Origin: Monocercomonoides exilis PA203
Lineage: Eukaryota; Protista; Preaxostyla
Reading direction: 5' to 3'
DNA length: 64,000 nt
Assembly (NCBI GenBank): GCA_001643675.2
Contig: LSRY02000030.1
Location: forward strand, 434,001 to 498,000
Shown here one piece after another: positions 62,301-64,000 of the stretch. The position numbers and the translations under genes were made by a program. The stretch's first letter is position 1; each line of letters begins with the position of its first letter. Under the pieces are notes generated by a model. It saw nothing but the letters and a program-made list of their open reading frames with translations, was not told the DNA's origin and ran no database searches.

Positions 62301-64000
62301 CAATATCCTCAAACACCAGATGATCAAATCCATATCCAATGCTCATGCACGGCTCGCGAGAGCTCCCGCACTGCCGGTCGTTTCTCCCTTTTCCATCCTT
62401 CCCATTCACAAATATGATCGACGATTGATAAACTGTGATGAACGAGATCAGATCCACTGGCTCAGAGTGGAGCAGATCAATCCCATAGATCGCCCCAATC
62501 CTGTTGAAGACCCCCTCCCGCAAATCCATTCGGAACTGGCTTTCGTTGATCTGTTCCGATATGTTCGTGCACTCAACAAAAATGTCCTTCCCTGTCTCTG
62601 CCACATTTCCTTCAAATTTCATCCCCTGGAATAGAAACAAAAGCTTGCCGCTCAGATGCGAACTCAAATACATGCCACCCCCTCGCCCGCTTTCTGTCGA
62701 GCACCCACACTGCATCACCTTCGAATTGCTTATCACAAACAAACCTTCGTTGTTCAGCTCAAAGCACATCACCCCACCTCTTCTTGACTCGCTCGATCGG
62801 CAAAGCTCGAAAACGCTGTTGTTTGCTTTCATCAACACCTCGCAGTTATCCCCACTTTCCAGCACGCTTGATCCCATCCCGCTTCTTGTTATTGACCCAA
62901 ACACACTTCCATTCACTTCAATCGTGGAGCCATCTCCATTTTTCATCTCTACCACTTTGTGAACGATCTGAACAACACACCCTTCCACAAGCATGCAGGA
63001 CTTCACTTCAATATCTTTGAGATATGCATTGCTTCCCACTTCAATCATAACAATCGATTGCTTCATTCTCATGCTTTCAATTATCAACTTTTCTGCATCA
63101 ACCACTCCGCTCTTGAGTTGAACAAAACATATTTCTATCTGCTTTTCTGCACTGACAATTGACTTGAGTGAGCAATCACTGAACGAAAGCACTCCATTTT
63201 CGCTCACAATCACTCCTCCAGCCCTGTTCCAGACATCTTCGAAAACTTCCATGTCTATCTTGTTGAAAGAAACATTCCTTTCATTCATCCCCAATATTTC
63301 TTCTCCATCATGATGGTTAACAATCTGCAGCACCGATCGCTTGTGCTCCTCAACAGCATCACACGGAGGCTCAAACACAAAGTTTGAAAAGTCGTATCTG
63401 TTTGCCATTTCTGTCCAACCCTCAATAAAAAGTCTCTTCTGCTTAGACCCTGTTTCGATCTGCCCCATTCCTTTCCACAAAGTCAGACACGGATCTTCTT
63501 CGCTTCCACACCTCATCACATCGTAACCCTTTGAAGATACAAACACCCTTGCATTTCTGAACCCCTCCAAAAAGCGGAAAAGATCCGTGTCGGTGTGCTC
63601 TTTGTCACTTCCACAAAACATCGTTGGCGAATGCTTCACATCATCAAATGAAAACATAAAAGTTGTTGGAGTGACAGTCTTGTTCAAATCAAATGAAGCA
63701 ACAAACAAATCTGAACCAATAAACGCTTCATTCTTTTGTATTGCAACTCCTTCGCAGAAGCCAATTGGTGTGTCAGCCTGCGACTGTGAGCAGTCCACAT
63801 ACAGTCCTCCACCTCTCCCCAAAGTTGTGGAGCAGCTGCAGTTCACAACATTTGTTCTGTTAACATTGAACATTTCTCTGCTCATCAGAACAGCATGCAT
63901 GGCTCCTCCTGTGATGCTCGAAGGCACTTGAATATTTGTCGCATTCAATCCATTCAAACTCACTGACGAATGAAATTCAAATGGAACTCTTGCAAACAAA
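59359..64000 (-). CDS. Paralogous giant receptor-like pseudokinase (5' end outside the window; >=1546 aa)
   Basis: Same architecture as 10880-20098: CG..PC modules, TM helix at ~60722-60793, and a near-identical cytoplasmic tail with RWKAPEL and FSIGMMLWECLTLQIPF. Confidence 0.9.
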   Translation of the reverse strand, partial: LFARVPFEFHSSVSLNGLNATNIQVPSSITGGAMHAVLMSREMFNVNRTNVVNCSCSTTLGRGGGLYVDCSQSQADTPIGFCEGVAIQKNEAFIGSDLFVASFDLNKTVTPTTFMFSFDDVKHSPTMFCGSDKEHTDTDLFRFLEGFRNARVFVSSKGYDVMRCGSEEDPCLTLWKGMGQIETGSKQKRLFIEGWTEMANRYDFSNFVFEPPCDAVEEHKRSVLQIVNHHDGEEILGMNERNVSFNKIDMEVFEDVWNRAGGVIVSENGVLSFSDCSLKSIVSAEKQIEICFVQLKSGVVDAEKLIIESMRMKQSIVMIEVGSNAYLKDIEVKSCMLVEGCVVQIVHKVVEMKNGDGSTIEVNGSVFGSITRSGMGSSVLESGDNCEVLMKANNSVFELCRSSESRRGGVMCFELNNEGLFVISNSKVMQCGCSTESGRGGGMYLSSHLSGKLLFLFQGMKFEGNVAETGKDIFVECTNISEQINESQFRMDLREGVFNRIGAIYGIDLLHSEPVDLISFITVYQSSIIFVNGKDGKGRNDRQCGSSREPCMSIGYGFDHLVFEDIVLLVIDGEGVIEKELDLDEISVQSRSRSTSKISFDTRISASREYLLQTKEHVELSYLEFLFPSRGSFCHNAFLCSSSGSIVISSCIFHLDDDVGSCSISEVMRLANCNCTVEHCIMENIICEKICQCENAEVSISDLRLNHVDTKSCFCFSGDQPNSVLIKELEIENTVCRGNVLLFCDDSYAESGQFIQENIVLSLCEIKNISMEGSNGSVLMMNSHTHTCSMANCSFSECRTSVEKGALATFSGVSSISVDSCVFEGQAMTNCNELASSREICHWNGSLVDICNSSGTFEDTTISKGCFGGMTIFGGDVTISESEFVLNNPSIEGYPSARRNVICEGNGELNVVSVKGGDGMLPDTSLWILNDGCNVGGIMEERASSFFIPVLDFVATEENGSYVELTFKGSLLLPCNLSFDIVSLINDVKAIDHYLLEESGYVNETEMNGKVPLSVVADASAETEVCARIVFGNHKYPSFTTSFVLKNRSESAGKGDEKLVKGEKEVKSSWAVFCLIFVVLFLIVLIVSVIFIVRWRKQKRRTKELEEIVNDTVRKDPKAFEMVTMEMSPEEQWRRAEKEAEKKNEERIKKRVYDTNMQHSESSEHLLSESGSTEYILGRDSDKIPQWMLEKVDEKEEEEETRKRTPSPSISSTSTTDSDSTFVRSESMCPTTSSMSNLVDAMACSSPHEKLIVDLRDSLFMLLHGLNKTKEMAIGTLQEREQTAAQILFWVANLALHSFDEMENGLSSLSTLSPHIVLFSEHMIICIVMHSDFSSDDDSDSSSISSSTVVTSASDNDDDSDSLPSSAFEDDEYNRKECLRWKAPELLMNKKMGATKESVVFSIGMMLWECLTLQIPFGEYEGEVAGQKIVNGERPNMEMIRRSRLERITKTMISHSPSSRITLADVKKGLFELFPLESKMVTISDAIEIYGTKEGEYECGEAGDGNVDGDRQRQQGRSTVTETEAEEDQSAKARSEEKEIRISFFQ

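Overview
AT-rich eukaryotic genomic DNA with short GT-AG introns and the standard genetic code. Gene families and composition suggest an oxymonad such as Monocercomonoides (inference). A compact housekeeping core at 23.6-43.8 kb holds a ~5,900-aa Ser-rich LRR protein, a two-intron rps20 and an intronless bacterial-type branched-chain aminotransferase. The accessory DNA on either side holds three copies of a giant receptor-like gene family: Cys/Gly-rich beta-helix ectodomain, one TM helix, and a conserved pseudokinase tail. Two copies face each other as a near-perfect inverted duplication (1-1266 / 9932-11197) around a decayed dynein-heavy-chain-like fragment. There is also a dense set of DNA transposons: three decayed pogo/DDE_1 elements, several TA-flanked MITE/foldback elements, and a decayed Merlin (IS1595-like) transposase. 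The most notable structure is a 3.2-kb element at 52526-55711 with ~280-bp terminal inverted repeats and a 9-10-bp target-site duplication. It splits the Merlin transposase and carries a captured fragment of a host surface-protein gene instead of its own transposase, i.e. a Pack-MULE-like element. All alignments were done by eye; no database searches were run.
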